Below, piece by piece: positions 30,884-32,000 of a DNA stretch of 32,000 nucleotides. The notes beneath the pieces were generated by a model. The model was not told the origin of the DNA. It made no database searches and saw nothing but the letters and a program-made list of their open reading frames with translations. Within the stretch, counting starts at the first letter, position 1. The number at the start of each line of letters is the position of its first letter. Source of the stretch: Candidatus Saccharimonadota bacterium. Lineage in GTDB: Bacteria; Patescibacteriota; Microgenomatia; UBA1406; GWC2-37-13. The translations under genes were made by a program, and so were the position numbers. The stretch covers positions 480,001-512,000 of the forward strand of contig CP066689.1 in NCBI GenBank assembly GCA_016432445.1, written 5' to 3'.

Positions 30884-30890
30884 GTTAAAA

Positions 30891-30982
30891 ACACCTCCCC
30901 CCTTCGGGGTACTCCTCTTACAAAGAGGAGAAGTTAAATCCCCTCTTGCAAGAGGGGTGGCCAGCTCAGCTGGCCGGGGTGT
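30891..30982. repeat. Cluster of four GC-rich hairpin modules closed by an outer stem; on the minus strand it ends in a T-run and probably terminates metG
   Basis: The modules are cccc-ttc-gggg (30899-30909), ctcctct-tacaa-agaggag (30912-30930), cccctctt-gc-aagagggg (30940-30957) and ggccagc-tca-gctggcc (30959-30975). The outer stem pairs acacc.. (30891-) with ggggtgt (30976-30982). The modules are shared with 10621-10677. Confidence 0.8.
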
Positions 30983-30983
30983 T

Positions 30984-32000
30984 TTATATTCTAGGAAATA
31001 AGGGCGGGGATTTTTTTATTTTTCCTTGAGTAGATTGCATTATTTTTTCCGCGGTTTCGGGTAAAAATATCTGAAGCCAATATGTTCTTTTTCTAATTTC
31101 TTTCAAGTAGCGTCGCAAGTAAGGCATAATTTGATCTTTTTCTAGATTCCAAGGTTCATCTCTGTTGATTTCACCGTTTATTGATTTAAAATCTCTCCAT
31201 AATTCTTCTAAGGCAAGATTAAATTCGAATCGATTAAGATGATCAATAAATCCTCCAGTATTAAGAGTTGCAGGTAAAGAGGTATCTTCTTTTTCTGGTA
31301 AAAAGGTTACTTCATTTTGTTCACAAAGATTCGTAACTCGTGATATTAAGTTTCCCAAAACATTGGCTAAATCAGAATTATAAACTTCTTCCATGCGCCG
31401 GTAAGAGAAATCTCCATCATCAAACGGGGGAATTTCTTTTAATAAAAAATACCGGACTGCATCAGTTCTATATTTCCTAACCAGATCAACAGGATTAATT
31501 ACATTACCAAGACTTTTACTGATTTTCTGACCATCGGAAGTTACAAATCCATGAATAATTATTTGTTTTGATGTCGGCAGACCGGCTGACATAAGCATCG
31601 CCTGCCACATAGCTGACTGCTGTCGCAGATTATCTTTTCCGGCAATTTGAATTGCATTAGGGTTTTTGTGTGAACCCCACCATTGATCAAATTCATTAGG
31701 TTTACCCGGCGAAGCTTTAGCGGAGTCGGGCCAACCAAGCGTTGATATGTAATTAACTAAAGCATCAAACCAAACGTACATAACATGTTCAGGGTCTCCA
31801 GGTACATTTACTCCCCAAGGCATCTTACTTTTAAGTCTTGAAATACTAAAATCTTCAAGTCCATTCTCAACAAAATTTTTTATCTCTTTCAACCTAAAAT
31901 CTGGTACTACAAATTGTGGATTTTTTTCATAAAGTTCCAATAGCTTTTGCTGATATTTTGAAAAACGGAAAAAATAATTTTCTTCTTCAATAATCTCAAG
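30984..32000 (-). CDS. metG: Methionyl-tRNA synthetase, C-terminal portion; the 5' end lies beyond the window
   Basis: The frame stays open to position 32000 (..LEIIEEENYFFRFSKYQQKLLELYEKNP..). Present are YVWFDALVNYIS and the KMSKS-type motif (KISKS in GQKISKSLGN). Confidence 0.9.
   Translation of the reverse strand, partial: LEIIEEENYFFRFSKYQQKLLELYEKNPQFVVPDFRLKEIKNFVENGLEDFSISRLKSKMPWGVNVPGDPEHVMYVWFDALVNYISTLGWPDSAKASPGKPNEFDQWWGSHKNPNAIQIAGKDNLRQQSAMWQAMLMSAGLPTSKQIIIHGFVTSDGQKISKSLGNVINPVDLVRKYRTDAVRYFLLKEIPPFDDGDFSYRRMEEVYNSDLANVLGNLISRVTNLCEQNEVTFLPEKEDTSLPATLNTGGFIDHLNRFEFNLALEELWRDFKSINGEINRDEPWNLEKDQIMPYLRRYLKEIRKRTYWLQIFLPETAEKIMQSTQGKIKKSPPLFPRI

Noticed and set aside
30891-30982. 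The multi-hairpin element could be a tRNA-like or other structured RNA gene.
   Set aside because: It does not fit a cloverleaf: it has four hairpins of the wrong sizes and no T-loop or D-loop signatures. Its modules recur in a different order at 10621-10677, which fits a repeat or terminator family better than a dedicated RNA gene. I have kept it as a finding rather than calling it an ncRNA.

Overview
This is a low-GC bacterial chromosome segment. Hand counts give about 18-20 G+C per 60 nt in typical coding lines. Genes are densely packed, and almost none has a Shine-Dalgarno sequence. Gene content and style suggest a Patescibacteria/CPR-like organism, but that is inference, not a database result.

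Gene content, left to right:
- tsaE (partial) and tsaD
- a divergent tandem LuxR-type regulator
- adenine/MTA salvage genes (mtnP, apt)
- a PlsC-like acyltransferase
- a CofE-like ligase with a class I glutamine amidotransferase
- a 650-aa orphan protein
- a long Rrf2-sufCBDSU-ferredoxin-korAB operon
- lon
- a minus-strand cell-envelope block: FemX-like, three GT4, one GT-C, one O-antigen-ligase-like and one GT2 gene
- tRNA(CAU), an RmlC-like cupin and PBP1A
- a compositionally foreign two-gene cassette
- the 3' part of metG

Four things are not explained by ordinary annotation:
1. A cassette of about 1.2-1.3 kb at roughly 29.55-30.9 kb is about 50% G+C. It carries two orphan ORFs with very strong Shine-Dalgarno sites and its own terminator, and it lies opposite in orientation to both neighbours. 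This is the best candidate for an undescribed module.
2. A family of 7-nt-phased tandem repeats arranged as inverted arrays fills most intergenic spacers. It also occurs in frame inside tsaD, the FemX-like gene and a GT4 gene.
3. GC-rich clusters of short hairpin modules occur at two loci. One of them supplies the C-terminal tail and stop codon of SufD.
4. In the apparent promoter architecture, a (TGn)TAnAAT -10 box lies only 6-10 nt from the start codon for many genes. This implies leaderless or near-leaderless mRNAs.

All product calls rest on motifs I recognise by eye. No searches were run.
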